Assembly: GCA_041744215.1 (NCBI GenBank)
Contig: JBGTLG010000041.1
Location: 177,126-241,125, forward strand
Direction: 5' to 3'
From: Fimbriimonadales bacterium
GTDB lineage: Bacteria > Armatimonadota > Fimbriimonadia > Fimbriimonadales > ATM1
Length of the DNA stretch: 64,000 nucleotides
This document shows positions 21,319 to 31,158 of the stretch, in pieces. Numbering within the stretch: the first letter of the stretch is position 1; each line of letters begins with the position of its first letter. The notes below the pieces were generated by a model that was not told the DNA's origin, did not search any database, and saw only the letters and a program-made list of their open reading frames with translations. A program made the translations under genes and the position numbers.

Positions 21319-22049
21319 CTTTCAAAACCCTCCAGATTCAATGCCTTTGTAGACTCTTCCATGGTACGGCTAAGCGTCTCTAATCGCTGCGCCATCTCCA
21401 TCAATTCTTGTCGATCGTACTCCCTCTCTGCATCGGCAGAGTCGGCAATCGTTTTGATCACGCGCGACTTCAACTCGGACAGTGTCGACTCTGCGCTAAC
21501 GATAGACGCCTCGATCCTTTCGTCAAGCAGCTGCAATCGATTGTAGTTCTCTACCTCGCTGCGACGTGCAGCGATGGCCTCGTTGAGCGAATCCGCAATC
21601 TGCGGGTCGCTCGCAGTCGCACGCTTTGCTTCGAGTGACGATAACTGTGACTTTGCCATCCCAACTCCAAACATCAGCTTTCTCAGCTTGCCTCTCGCCG
21701 CAAGCAGGTCTCCTGCCCGAGAAATCACTTGCATTACTTCCGATTCGATGTCGATCGACAGCACGGAAAGTATAGGGTTGCCCGTATTTTTCTGCAATAA
21801 ACCCCGAATCTCCTCTTGGGACTTGAGAAGGGGCCTCAGCCGCTGCCGAAGGTTCGGATGCAGGTCATCGACCTGATCCAGCCCAGTTCGCATCGGGTCT
21901 CCTGCAGAGCTGTTCCTCGCGAGTGATGCAATGCCAAACAGAGCGAAGGCGCCCAAGCCAGCAACGATCCCAAAGGCGGGGCCTGCTATGAGGCCAACGA
22001 GTCCGCCAACGACGAATCCCAGTGCGAGCGCATAAAGCCCGCCCCTCAC
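21315..22049 (-). CDS. Membrane-anchored coiled-coil hypothetical protein
   Basis: Two N-terminal TM helices and a long heptad region; overlaps both neighbours by 4 nt. Confidence 0.75.
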   Translation of the reverse strand: MRGGLYALALGFVVGGLVGLIAGPAFGIVAGLGAFALFGIASLARNSSAGDPMRTGLDQVDDLHPNLRQRLRPLLKSQEEIRGLLQKNTGNPILSVLSIDIESEVMQVISRAGDLLAARGKLRKLMFGVGMAKSQLSSLEAKRATASDPQIADSLNEAIAARRSEVENYNRLQLLDERIEASIVSAESTLSELKSRVIKTIADSADAEREYDRQELMEMAQRLETLSRTMEESTKALNLEGFES

Positions 22050-22921
22050 AATCGAATCCTCAAACCCAAACCGATTCGCCAGCCGTAGTTCTCGTAATAG
22101 CGAACGCTAGGAACAAAGAAGACTTTCTCAGCTGCAGCAAGTTGCGCCGCCAGCCGAAGGTTTACGGAAGGGTCGCGAAACGCGTAAGTAACCTCGCCTT
22201 CAATCTGCGGGCCGAAGGGAAACTGATACTGTGCGCGCATATTCAAAATTTCTTCATCGAAGTCGGCGACTGTTTCGCCGTTTCGAAGCCACAGGTACTC
22301 GATGGAGGTGGCGAGACCCCCGAACGAGTGTTCGACATCCGCCCCCAGCACCAGTCCGTGGCCACGACCGATGCCCGGGCTTTCCTCCGGGGGCCGGATC
22401 TGTGTGAAAGCGGTTCCGCCGATTCCGAAATGCTTTCCAATCGCAGCCGACAGCCCGAACGACGCGCCTGCTCGTCCTACAAGCCCTTGCTGTTTTCCCG
22501 ACCCATTGTGAATGTAGCCTACAACTACCGGCAGATCGCCCAGAAGCAGCGTCGTGTCGGCCACCGCGCCCAGCCCGGACTCCCTCAGCAACCGACCGCC
22601 GCCGAACGGAACGTAAATTTTCCCAACCTTCCACCAGCCGGGCCGCTCGAGAAATGCTTCCTCGGTGCCGGACTCGTCGGGGTCGTCATCAATCTGCCCA
22701 ATCTTCTGGTAGATGCGTGCGACCCAGCCGTTCTCCAGCATCACCCCTAACCTAACTCGCGAGAATTGGCCCTCGTCGTTGTACATGCGAAACCGGCCGG
22801 CCCCCTCGGGCGTGAAGCTGAGTTGAGGATTGAAGTCAGCGGAGATCGTCACGTGCGGCGATTGCGCCCAGAGGGCGGTGAAGCCGAGCAGTGCCCCCGC
22901 AGCGCAGCCGAGTCGAAGCAT
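22046..22921 (-). CDS. Putative outer-membrane beta-barrel protein
   Basis: Signal peptide, amphipathic strands, C-terminal WRIGLGLRIRL. Confidence 0.6.
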   Translation of the reverse strand: MLRLGCAAGALLGFTALWAQSPHVTISADFNPQLSFTPEGAGRFRMYNDEGQFSRVRLGVMLENGWVARIYQKIGQIDDDPDESGTEEAFLERPGWWKVGKIYVPFGGGRLLRESGLGAVADTTLLLGDLPVVVGYIHNGSGKQQGLVGRAGASFGLSAAIGKHFGIGGTAFTQIRPPEESPGIGRGHGLVLGADVEHSFGGLATSIEYLWLRNGETVADFDEEILNMRAQYQFPFGPQIEGEVTYAFRDPSVNLRLAAQLAAAEKVFFVPSVRYYENYGWRIGLGLRIRL

Positions 22922-22931
22922 CGGTGCGAGT

Positions 22932-25469
22932 TTACTTCGGGCGGTACTTGCGGAGCCGCAGAGCGTTGGTGACCACCGAGACGCTCGATAGCGCCATTGC
23001 CGCGGAGGCGAGGATCGGGCTAAGAAGACCGAATGCCGCCAGTGGGATGCCCAGCGTGTTGTATATGAATGCAAAGAACAAGTTGCCCCGGATCGTGGCC
23101 ATGGTCGCGCGGCTCAATAGGAGCGCATCGGGAACGCCGTTCAGGTTGCTCCGCATCAGTGCGACATCTGCTGTCTCAAGCGCGATGTCCGCGCCGCTGC
23201 CCATGGCAATCCCCACGTCAGCTTGCGCGAGCGCGGGCGCATCGTTGATGCCATCTCCGACCATAGCGACGACTCTGCGTTCCGACTGGAGCCCCTTGAT
23301 CGCATTCGACTTGTCCTCCGGCAGCACTTCTGCCATCACGTTGGTGATTCCCACGCCTTGGCCAATCGCGTCAGCAGTGGGGCGATTGTCCCCAGTGATC
23401 ATCCAAATGTCGGTTACAAGTGCTTTCAGTCTCACGATTGCGCCCCGCGCCTCTTCTTTAGGCGTGTCCGCCAGCGCGATCACAGCAACGGCGCGGTCGT
23501 CCAAGCCGAAGTACACAGCTGTCTGCCCCTTGCTTGCAAGTTGGTTCGCACGCTCGACAAAACCGTTCATCGCGCAGCCAGAGCGTTCCAGAAATGCGCG
23601 AGTCCCAACAATAACCCGGTGACCGTCGATCACGCCTTCAAGGCCATTTCCTGCAACTGATCGGAAATGATCGACCTGCTTTAACTGAAGACCGCGCGAG
23701 CGCGCTTCAGCCACCACCGCTTCGGCAAGCGGGTGTCCGCTTAAGTTCTCCAGCGACGCTGCAAGCGTAAGCATTTCGTTTTCGTTTCCGTGCTGTGTCT
23801 CGACCGCAGTGACGACAGGCTTACCCAACGTAACTGTCCCCGTTTTGTCTAAAACCACCGTGTCCACTTTAGCAAGCCTCTCAAGCGCTTCAGCGTCCCG
23901 AACCAGTACGCCCAGCTGCGCTGATCGACCCGTACCGACCATCACAGCGACAGGCGTTGCCAAGCCGAGCGCGCATGGACACGCGATGATCAGAACTGCC
24001 ACCGACGGAACCATCGCCCCAACGATTGAGCCCGGGGTGACAAATCCAAACCAGATAGCGAACGTCGACGCTGCGATCATCAGTACAATCGGTACGAAGA
24101 TCGCGGTGATCTGGTCGGCGAGCTTTTGGATCGGAGCGCGCGATCCTTGCGCTTCTTGAACCAATCGTACGATCCGCGCAAGAGCAGAATCCTTGCCGAT
24201 CGCCGTCGCCCGATACCTAAACGCGCCCTCCCGATTGAGAGTGCCGCCATAAACTTTGTCTCCTACCGCTTTGTCAGCGGGGATGCTCTCGCCGGTCAGC
24301 ATGCTTTCATCGATTGCGCTTGCCCCATCGACCATTACGCCGTCGACAGGTAGGCGCTCTCCGGGCCGAACGACAATCAGATCGTCGGCGTCGACGTTCT
24401 CTACAGGAACCTGCTTTTCCTCATTGTCACGGACGACTCGCGCCGTCTTCGATTGCAACTCGAGCAGTTTTCTGATCGCGTCACCCGTCCGACCTTTCGC
24501 TCTCGCCTCCAGCCATCGACCCAAAAGAATCAGCGCTATGATCGCAGCAGCTACTTCATAGTAAACGTCGGCGTGATGTCTGAGCGGAAACGTCTTTGTG
24601 AGGCTATACGCGTACGCAGCGCCTGTGCCAAGCGCTATCAACACGTTCATGTCCGCGCTGCGATAACGTAGCGCTTTCGCAGCCTGAACAAAAAAATGAC
24701 CGCCGGCCCAAAACAACACAGGCGTCACGAGAATCAACTGAACCCATGGAGGCATCATCGGGACGCCAGGTACGTGCATCGATGTCGCGACAACTGGCGC
24801 CGTTAGAATAAGCGCAGTCCAGAACTTCGCTCCGAGGAGTTTCGCCTCTTTCGCGCGCTCCGCGTCGCGCTTGGCGTCGCTGTCCGCCTTTCGTTCGCTC
24901 GCCGTGTAGCCGGTTTTCCCAACGGCTCCTATCAGAGTGTCCACCTCGATGCCATCGGCAGTACGAACACGCGCGGTTTCGGTCGCAAGATTGACGCTGC
25001 AATCGATAACGCCGGGAATCCGGCGCAGCCCCTTTTCGACGCGACTGACGCAAGCCGCGCACGTCATTCCGCCGATGTCGAGTTCGGTCGTAGTCTGAGG
25101 TGCGCTGGATTCGACGACGAGCGTTCCCCGATACATCCCCATCGAGCAGGTGAACGCAAACTCCCCACTCTTATCGGGCGTGAACTCGATGAGAGTCTTC
25201 TCGAACGCAGGCAATGATCGGGTAATCCCAAAGTCGGGAAACGAAACCTGATCGGAACAGGTCTCGGTCTCCTGGCGGTCGAAGATCAGCCTGACCGGAC
25301 GCCCAGCGACAACGGAGACTTTGCTCGGCGAATACGCTCCGCTAACGGTGATTAAGACCTCTTGCACTCCGCCCTTGGAGTCAGCCGTTACCACCTTGCG
25401 AGGTCCAAAGAAAAACCAAGCGATGAACCCGATTGCCGCAAGCGCTGAGGCTATGACGACGAACGTCAT
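22932..25469 (-). CDS. copA: Cu(I)-translocating P1B-1 ATPase with N-terminal cupredoxin and HMA domains
   Basis: FTCSMGMY, GMTCAAC, TGES, CPC, DKTGT, GDGIND, YN, MALSS. Confidence 0.93.
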   Translation of the reverse strand: MTFVVIASALAAIGFIAWFFFGPRKVVTADSKGGVQEVLITVSGAYSPSKVSVVAGRPVRLIFDRQETETCSDQVSFPDFGITRSLPAFEKTLIEFTPDKSGEFAFTCSMGMYRGTLVVESSAPQTTTELDIGGMTCAACVSRVEKGLRRIPGVIDCSVNLATETARVRTADGIEVDTLIGAVGKTGYTASERKADSDAKRDAERAKEAKLLGAKFWTALILTAPVVATSMHVPGVPMMPPWVQLILVTPVLFWAGGHFFVQAAKALRYRSADMNVLIALGTGAAYAYSLTKTFPLRHHADVYYEVAAAIIALILLGRWLEARAKGRTGDAIRKLLELQSKTARVVRDNEEKQVPVENVDADDLIVVRPGERLPVDGVMVDGASAIDESMLTGESIPADKAVGDKVYGGTLNREGAFRYRATAIGKDSALARIVRLVQEAQGSRAPIQKLADQITAIFVPIVLMIAASTFAIWFGFVTPGSIVGAMVPSVAVLIIACPCALGLATPVAVMVGTGRSAQLGVLVRDAEALERLAKVDTVVLDKTGTVTLGKPVVTAVETQHGNENEMLTLAASLENLSGHPLAEAVVAEARSRGLQLKQVDHFRSVAGNGLEGVIDGHRVIVGTRAFLERSGCAMNGFVERANQLASKGQTAVYFGLDDRAVAVIALADTPKEEARGAIVRLKALVTDIWMITGDNRPTADAIGQGVGITNVMAEVLPEDKSNAIKGLQSERRVVAMVGDGINDAPALAQADVGIAMGSGADIALETADVALMRSNLNGVPDALLLSRATMATIRGNLFFAFIYNTLGIPLAAFGLLSPILASAAMALSSVSVVTNALRLRKYRPK

Positions 25470-25476
25470 TTCAGCA

Positions 25477-25680
25477 TCACGCGATCTCGAAGCCGGCTTC
25501 GTCGATCGCGGCCTTGATCTGTTCTGGATCGGTCGTCTCTTCGATATCGACTTGGATCGTCTTCGCGTCAACGTCTACGCGAACGTCGTGAACGCCAGGC
25601 AGCGGGGAAACGGCGCGGACTATGCTGGCAGCGCAGCCGTCGCAATGGATGTCGTTGGAGGAATAGGTGAGTGTGTTCAT
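25477..25680 (-). CDS. copZ: CopZ-like HMA copper chaperone
   Basis: IHCDGC motif, 67 aa, AGF near the C-terminus. Confidence 0.85.
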   Translation of the reverse strand: MNTLTYSSNDIHCDGCAASIVRAVSPLPGVHDVRVDVDAKTIQVDIEETTDPEQIKAAIDEAGFEIA

Positions 25681-25702
25681 AGTTGATGTCCGCTGTGAAT
25701 CG

Positions 25703-26068
25703 CTAAAGTTGACCATAGCTCCTGGCGCATTGACCATCGATTCGCATACCGAGCCTTTTTTGCAGCCGGTCCCGATCGTTAGCAGTCCATTCGTTGTCGT
25801 GGTCGAAGAACTCGAAAAGCCGCGCGATGTTATCCTGCGTATTCGGGGCGATCCGATAGTAAACCCACGTCCCAACCCGGCGCGTGTCTACGATCCCAAG
25901 ATCCCGGAGCTTGGCGAGGTGATTCGAGAGTGTCGATTGGGGCAGGTCGAGGGCATCGGCAAGCTCGCAGACGCAAAGGTCCGACTTGACCAAGCACCGG
26001 GTTATCCGTAGCCGAGTCTCGTCAGAGAGAGCCTTGCAAACCTTCTGTAGCGTCACAGAGAACTCCAT
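25703..26068 (-). CDS. ArsR/SmtB family metalloregulator
   Basis: KALSDETRLRI, LCVCEL, QSTLSNHL. An alternative GTG start at 26056 follows GGAG. Confidence 0.9.
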   Translation of the reverse strand: MEFSVTLQKVCKALSDETRLRITRCLVKSDLCVCELADALDLPQSTLSNHLAKLRDLGIVDTRRVGTWVYYRIAPNTQDNIARLFEFFDHDNEWTANDRDRLQKRLGMRIDGQCARSYGQL

Positions 26069-26091
26069 TATATCCTGATATGAGGATATAA
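26068..26091. promoter_or_regulatory. Palindromic operator, probably for ArsR
   Basis: TTATATCCT-N6-AGGATATAA perfect 9-bp inverted repeat between the divergent arsR and YHS genes. Confidence 0.75.
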
Positions 26092-26146
26092 GCCGCGGCG
26101 ACTGGCCCGGTAGCGTAAAATGAGGTGAATTGGAACGAAGGAGATT

Positions 26147-26716
26147 TTGATGATTACGACGATTCTTGCCATGGCCGCTTTGTCTGTCCAGGGAACTGCG
26201 CCTCAGACGATCTGCCCAGTCGGGCAGCACGATTCCACAGGCATGGGACTCGATTACTTCTATCGAGGCGTGCAGTACACGCTTTGTTGTGAAGGATGCA
26301 TTCCAAAGTTCAATGCTGATCCGATCAAGTACACGAAGGAGTGGAAGGACGAAGGCATCATCGGTGTCGCGCAATTCGACGTGATCTCAAAAAAACGAAT
26401 CGACTACAAGAAGGCGACAGCGCACAGCGATTACAACGGCGTCCGCTATTACTTTGTGACCGAAGCGAGCAAGAAAACTTTCGATGCCGATCCCAAGAAG
26501 CTGTCAGCGGTTCCTGAGAAAGAAGTGATCGACAGGTGCCCTGTGATGGGCGAAGCGATCAATATCGCGAAACTTCCAGATTACGTCGATCATGAAGGCG
26601 TGCGCTATTACTTCTGCTGCGCGGGATGCGGAACGGCATTTTCGAAAGATCCCGCGAAATATGCGTCGTCGGTCACGCCAAAGACCGCTGTTGTGCACAA
26701 GCTGCCGGAGAAGTAG
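26147..26716 (+). CDS. Secreted triple YHS/TRASH-domain protein
   Basis: Signal peptide; CPV..YTLCCEGC..F..DP; YNGVRYYF; CPVMG..YYFCCAGC..F..DP. Confidence 0.85.
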   Translation: MMITTILAMAALSVQGTAPQTICPVGQHDSTGMGLDYFYRGVQYTLCCEGCIPKFNADPIKYTKEWKDEGIIGVAQFDVISKKRIDYKKATAHSDYNGVRYYFVTEASKKTFDADPKKLSAVPEKEVIDRCPVMGEAINIAKLPDYVDHEGVRYYFCCAGCGTAFSKDPAKYASSVTPKTAVVHKLPEK

Positions 26717-26801
26717 GACTCGACGGCAACGTCACATCGGTGATAGTTCCCAGCGAGCTTCTGTTGGGGGGGCAGTAATGCCCGCTACTGTTTGCCGTGA
26801 C

Positions 26802-27251
26802 TCAGGAAAGTGCAGCCAGCACTTCTTCTGAGTTCTGATCGGGGCTTGCCTTCTCCCAAGCCGCTCTCACGATCCCGTGCTCGTCAAACAGAAACGTCGA
26901 CCGCTGATTGCCCCAATACTTCTTCCCGTACAAGCTCTTTTCCACCCACACACCGAACATCTCCGCGACCTTGTGCCCTTCGTCCGATAGCAAAGTGAAC
27001 GGCAGCGAATACTTCTCTGCGAACTTCTTGTGCGACTTCACGCTGTCTGGACTAACTCCGAGCACCCGAACTCCTTCGAATCGCGAGAACGAATCGCGAA
27101 ATGCGCAAGCCTGTTTCGTGCACCCTGGCGTATCGTCCTTCGGATAAAAGTAGACAACGAACCGCTTGCCAATCAGATCACTCGAAGAAACGACGTTCCC
27201 GTCCTGATCCGCAAGCGAGAATGCTGGAACCCGGTCGCCCACTTGAAGCAT
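26802..27251 (-). CDS. bcp: Thiol peroxidase Bcp
   Basis: YFYPKDDTPGCTKQAC. Confidence 0.93.
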   Translation of the reverse strand: MLQVGDRVPAFSLADQDGNVVSSSDLIGKRFVVYFYPKDDTPGCTKQACAFRDSFSRFEGVRVLGVSPDSVKSHKKFAEKYSLPFTLLSDEGHKVAEMFGVWVEKSLYGKKYWGNQRSTFLFDEHGIVRAAWEKASPDQNSEEVLAALS

Positions 27252-27255
27252 CGGC

Positions 27256-28134
27256 CTATTCGCTGCCACCATTCGACTTGGCTGGAGGCATGAGTTTGTT
27301 TTCATACTTGAAATCATCGCGCAGCTTCTGTTGCAATCGCACTTGCGCCCGCTGAAGAAAGATGTTCTTCGCCGCCTCAAGCTCGTTTGGCGGCGGTGGC
27401 CCAGCATTCTCGACGAGAACGACGACGACTCCCGACGCAGTCTCAAACGGACCAATGACATCGCCCGATTTCGCTTCGCCGGCGGCTTTTGCCATGTCTG
27501 GCGTCATGTCTTGTGGCGCAATCCAACCCAGATTGCCGTTGAGCGGTTTCGTGGACTGATCTTCGCTATATGCATCGACGAGAGACGCCCAGGTCTCGCC
27601 TCCCCTCGCCCAAGAAATGATGTTTCGCGCGCGAAGTTTCGCTTCATCTCTCGCTTGTTCGCTGAAGTCTTTCGGCTTCAAAACTATGTGCGAAATCTTG
27701 CGCAGCGTGGCCGGATCGAAATCCTTCATCGCAATCTTATCGAAGAGCAATCCCTGGCGAACCTGCACCCATACTTGCGAGTACGGCATCCCCATTGCGC
27801 GAAGATGCTGCTCGAATGTGCGCCCCTCAGGCACACTGGCGCGGTACTGCGCTACCTGCTTTTCGACCTCGGCTTCTACCTCCTCATAGGTGACCGAAAC
27901 GCCCGCTGTTTTCGCGGCTTCCTCGACCATCACCATGCCGATCACTTGCTGAGTGAGCGGATAGCCGACCCAATCCCAGAGTACTTTCTCAACCTCCGAC
28001 GCGTGGATTGGCCTCCCATTCACCGTCGCGATCACGTCATTCCCGGAGGGAGGTTTTTGCATCTTTGATTCCGGGACCAGCCCCGATAGGCTGACGGCTT
28101 GGAAGACTGCGGCGGCCCAGATAACAGCGTTCAT
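27256..28134 (-). CDS. PrsA/SurA-like parvulin peptidylprolyl isomerase
   Basis: Signal peptide, VIATVNG, ISHIV, YSED...GNLGW, GPFET. Confidence 0.85.
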   Translation of the reverse strand: MNAVIWAAAVFQAVSLSGLVPESKMQKPPSGNDVIATVNGRPIHASEVEKVLWDWVGYPLTQQVIGMVMVEEAAKTAGVSVTYEEVEAEVEKQVAQYRASVPEGRTFEQHLRAMGMPYSQVWVQVRQGLLFDKIAMKDFDPATLRKISHIVLKPKDFSEQARDEAKLRARNIISWARGGETWASLVDAYSEDQSTKPLNGNLGWIAPQDMTPDMAKAAGEAKSGDVIGPFETASGVVVVLVENAGPPPPNELEAAKNIFLQRAQVRLQQKLRDDFKYENKLMPPAKSNGGSE

Positions 28135-28205
28135 GATTTAGAGTTCTCCTGTGGTGGCGGTTTTGTAGACGCCTCAGCGGCGCGCACGGTTCTGGGTCGC
28201 GCCTC

Positions 28206-29153
28206 CTACCTCGGCACAGGCAGGTTCTCAAACAACCCAAGGACGATTTGGTCGGGAGTCAGCCCTTCGATCTCCGCTTCCGGTCTCAGAAGGATTCGGT
28301 GGCGCAACACAGGAAGCGAAACGTCCTTCACGTCATCGGGCGTGACAAAGTCCCGGCCGCGAATCGCGGCAAGTCCTTTGGAGCAGAGAAGAATCGCGAT
28401 GCCCGCACGGGGAGACCCGCCAACGGCCACGAGATCATTGTTCCGAGTGGATCGAACCAGCTTGTTGATGTAGTCGATGATCTGATCGTCGACCCGCACC
28501 CGGCTTACCTCTTCGCGAAGGGTCTCCAATCCGCCGGCATCGAGCACCGACTGAACTCCTGCCTGCTCCAGCTTCTGTGCCCGGAAGCCTTGCGAATACC
28601 TCTGGAGGACCGTGATCTCGTCTTGCTCGTCCGGATACGGAACGACGATCTTCATCAGGAATCGGTCCAGCTGAGCTTCGGGCAGCGGATACGTGCCTTC
28701 AAACTCGATCGGATTCTGAGTCGCGAAAACGATGTACGGAGGCGGCAAAGGATAAGGGGCCCCGTCAATCGTCACGCGTCGCTCTTCCATCGCCTCAAGC
28801 AGAGCAGCCTGGGTCTTGGGCGGCGTTCGATTGATCTCGTCAGCAAGAAGGATTTGAGTGAAGATGGGGCCCTTGCGCAATTGGAACTCGCCGGCCTTCT
28901 GGTCGAACACGTTGGTACCGATCACATCGCTCGGCATCAAGTCCGGGGTGAATTGGATTCGTGTGAACTGAAGATCCAGGGTCTTCGCGATCGTTCGAAT
29001 GAGGAGCGTTTTTGCGACGCCCGGCACACCTTCGATGAGCGCGTGACCGTCGGCAAAGAGGGTGACGAGAACGTGTTCGACAAGCCGCCCCTGGCCGACG
29101 ACGGCCTTGGAGACTTCCGTTCTGACTTGCGCCGCTGCTTCTTCGACTCTCAT
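28206..29153 (-). CDS. moxR: MoxR family AAA+ ATPase
   Basis: EGVPGVAKT, RIQFTPDLMPSD, LADEINR, ATQNPIE, LPEAQLDRF. Confidence 0.95.
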   Translation of the reverse strand: MRVEEAAAQVRTEVSKAVVGQGRLVEHVLVTLFADGHALIEGVPGVAKTLLIRTIAKTLDLQFTRIQFTPDLMPSDVIGTNVFDQKAGEFQLRKGPIFTQILLADEINRTPPKTQAALLEAMEERRVTIDGAPYPLPPPYIVFATQNPIEFEGTYPLPEAQLDRFLMKIVVPYPDEQDEITVLQRYSQGFRAQKLEQAGVQSVLDAGGLETLREEVSRVRVDDQIIDYINKLVRSTRNNDLVAVGGSPRAGIAILLCSKGLAAIRGRDFVTPDDVKDVSLPVLRHRILLRPEAEIEGLTPDQIVLGLFENLPVPR

Positions 29154-29174
29154 CCTTGGCGGCGAAGTATATCC

Positions 29175-29822
29175 CTAACCTTCACTTGGAGGGTCTGCGG
29201 GCTTGCCCGGCAACCTGGGCTCTCGCACCTGGCTTGCGCCAAAGTCGCGTTTTACAGGGCCGGATCCGTTGACGAACCAAAACTCCAATCTGCGTTTTGA
29301 CTTTTGGGGCGAACCGTCATCCAAAGTGATCTCGACATCCACCCGAATCGCTTGCGCAGATCCAGTCGCTAACGACACCACCTCGGTTTGGGTGGTGCTG
29401 ACGGCGGTTGCATTCACGCCACGCGTCGCCCCGAATCGCTGAGAGCCCTTCCACTCAACCTTATCGCCCTCTTTCGCAGGGAATCGGATCAAGGTGAGCG
29501 GGGGATCGAACTGATCTCCTTCGCCCGGCCCGATCCGCGCCAAAGCGATACCTTGATCATCGACCTGATAGACCTCTTTCTCGATCACGACCTCCTCGTT
29601 TCGAATAAGAAGCGTCCTCTCTCCGTTCTTGGCTTCAAAGTCCAAGTGCGCTTCAGCAAGAACGATTCCACCAAGGTTCATGGTGATGGGCTGTGATTCC
29701 AGAGTCGCCGGAAACAGCTCGGCGCCTGCGCCGATCGGGGATCCGCCCGATCCGCGCGAACAGACGCAGCCCGTCGCGAATAGGATCAGCGCAATGGCGA
29801 CGACCGGCGGTGAGTACTTCAC
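29175..29822 (-). CDS. Lipoprotein, DUF3108/TapB-like paralog 4
   Basis: ATGC lipobox; LFP; VSLATG..QAIRV; WFVNGSGPVK. Confidence 0.65.
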   Translation of the reverse strand: MKYSPPVVAIALILFATGCVCSRGSGGSPIGAGAELFPATLESQPITMNLGGIVLAEAHLDFEAKNGERTLLIRNEEVVIEKEVYQVDDQGIALARIGPGEGDQFDPPLTLIRFPAKEGDKVEWKGSQRFGATRGVNATAVSTTQTEVVSLATGSAQAIRVDVEITLDDGSPQKSKRRLEFWFVNGSGPVKRDFGASQVREPRLPGKPADPPSEG

Positions 29823-30427
29823 GGCGTCAGGCCCTCGGCGCGAATCAAAATGAACACAACCTTCGCTCCATCTCGAACTTCCATTGACTGCTCCGAGCGC
29901 ACGCGCCCGATTCCCTCGGCGTACCAGTCGGTGATTTTCGTCTTGATCATCCCGGCGCCCTCGATGTGCGCCTCGCCCTGCCGCGTGATTTTGATAGCGT
30001 CGACCTTCTTGCCGAGCGCTTCGACCTTCTCAATCCCGTTCACGACGTATGTCGACTTCTCGGCAGCCCTCCCGCCCAGCAGCACCGTCTCTCCTGCGAA
30101 CTCCCATTTTTGATTGCGCTTCGGATCGATCGGGAGAAATGGCATCGGCCGGGGTAACAGCTTGCCGTCCTGGCTCCCCATCACAGCGTGAAATCCCTCA
30201 TGCTCGCCATAGTACGAAACCGCGTCGAGCTCTCCATCGATCCACGTCTCCATTGGGGACACAAGCTTCCCCCCAATGTCGACCGGCGCCTTCGTCTTGA
30301 CGACAAACCTCGAGGGGGCCATCAGCGCGGCACCCTGAATCGAGTATTCCCATTCCGCGCCAGGTGTAAGCGGGAAGTAGTTGCCCGCGGGGGCGGTTAC
30401 GAGGGCGGCGGTGAGCGCAAGGATCAT
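29819..30427 (-). CDS. Secreted DUF3108/TapB-like paralog 3
   Basis: YFPLTPGAEWEY; WYAEGIGRVR. Confidence 0.7.
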   Translation of the reverse strand: MILALTAALVTAPAGNYFPLTPGAEWEYSIQGAALMAPSRFVVKTKAPVDIGGKLVSPMETWIDGELDAVSYYGEHEGFHAVMGSQDGKLLPRPMPFLPIDPKRNQKWEFAGETVLLGGRAAEKSTYVVNGIEKVEALGKKVDAIKITRQGEAHIEGAGMIKTKITDWYAEGIGRVRSEQSMEVRDGAKVVFILIRAEGLTP

Positions 30428-30437
30428 CGTGTTTCTC

Positions 30438-31148
30438 CTACTTGATGGCCAACATTTCGACCTCGCGGTCGACTTGCTGATCTCCCGTCTTGCCTCGTTG
30501 TCGGCCGGTCATCTTAACAACGCCAACTCCGTTCACAAGCCAAGTCTTCCCAGTCGCTGTCAGGTTCAACGCTTCTGCGGACAGCGTTCCGGTTTCCTCG
30601 ATGAGGATGGCGTCGAAATCGCCGAGAGGCACGGAAACCTTCTCGGTCCCAATCACCTTGGCCGTCGTGGATACCTTGATCTGCTGGCCCATGTTTGAAA
30701 TTGTGTACTCATAGGTCCACTGCTTCCCTGCTGACAAGTCGGACGGCATATATAGCACCGGCGGATCTATCACGTTTCCAAGCAGTTGGCTCACTCGGAT
30801 TCCCTCCGGCGTTACTTCGTACGATTCCGGGCCGAATTGACTGCTGCCCTTCCACTCGCCGCCGACGGTAACCTTATCGCCCTCCACGGCTTTAACCGTG
30901 AACGTCCGCGTAATCTCGATGTCGCCTCCGTCGAATCCAGTCGCCTTATAGGTGATCGGTTTGTCGAAAGGCGCGCCAAGAGCGCGGAGGGGCGCAGACA
31001 TAAGCTCTTCGGGAATCGTGACCTTCGCGGGTTCGTCAGGTGCGCTTGTAGAAGGCCGAACAGACGGTTCCTCCGTTTCGGTCGGCTTCCTAGCGCACGC
31101 TCCGAACAGGAGCGAAATGCCGAGCAGGATCAAAAGATTGCGGTTCAT
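30438..31148 (-). CDS. Lipoprotein, DUF3108/TapB-like paralog 2
   Basis: FGAC lipobox; EKVSVPLGDFDAI; WLVNGVGVVK. Confidence 0.7.
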   Translation of the reverse strand: MNRNLLILLGISLLFGACARKPTETEEPSVRPSTSAPDEPAKVTIPEELMSAPLRALGAPFDKPITYKATGFDGGDIEITRTFTVKAVEGDKVTVGGEWKGSSQFGPESYEVTPEGIRVSQLLGNVIDPPVLYMPSDLSAGKQWTYEYTISNMGQQIKVSTTAKVIGTEKVSVPLGDFDAILIEETGTLSAEALNLTATGKTWLVNGVGVVKMTGRQRGKTGDQQVDREVEMLAIK

Positions 31149-31158
31149 CTTTCCTCCA

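Noticed and set aside
26723-26798. c-di-GMP-I riboswitch (minus strand GGCAAAC...GTTGCC) or tRNA
   Set aside because: It lacks the GAAA tetraloop/receptor core and tRNA D/T-loop consensus, and lies between convergent 3' ends.
28248-29300. 350-aa plus-strand ORF and similar long antisense ORFs (e.g. 39892-40926, 5486-6256, 27331-28068)
   Set aside because: These are shadow frames overlapping well-supported genes in GC-rich DNA and show no recognisable motifs.
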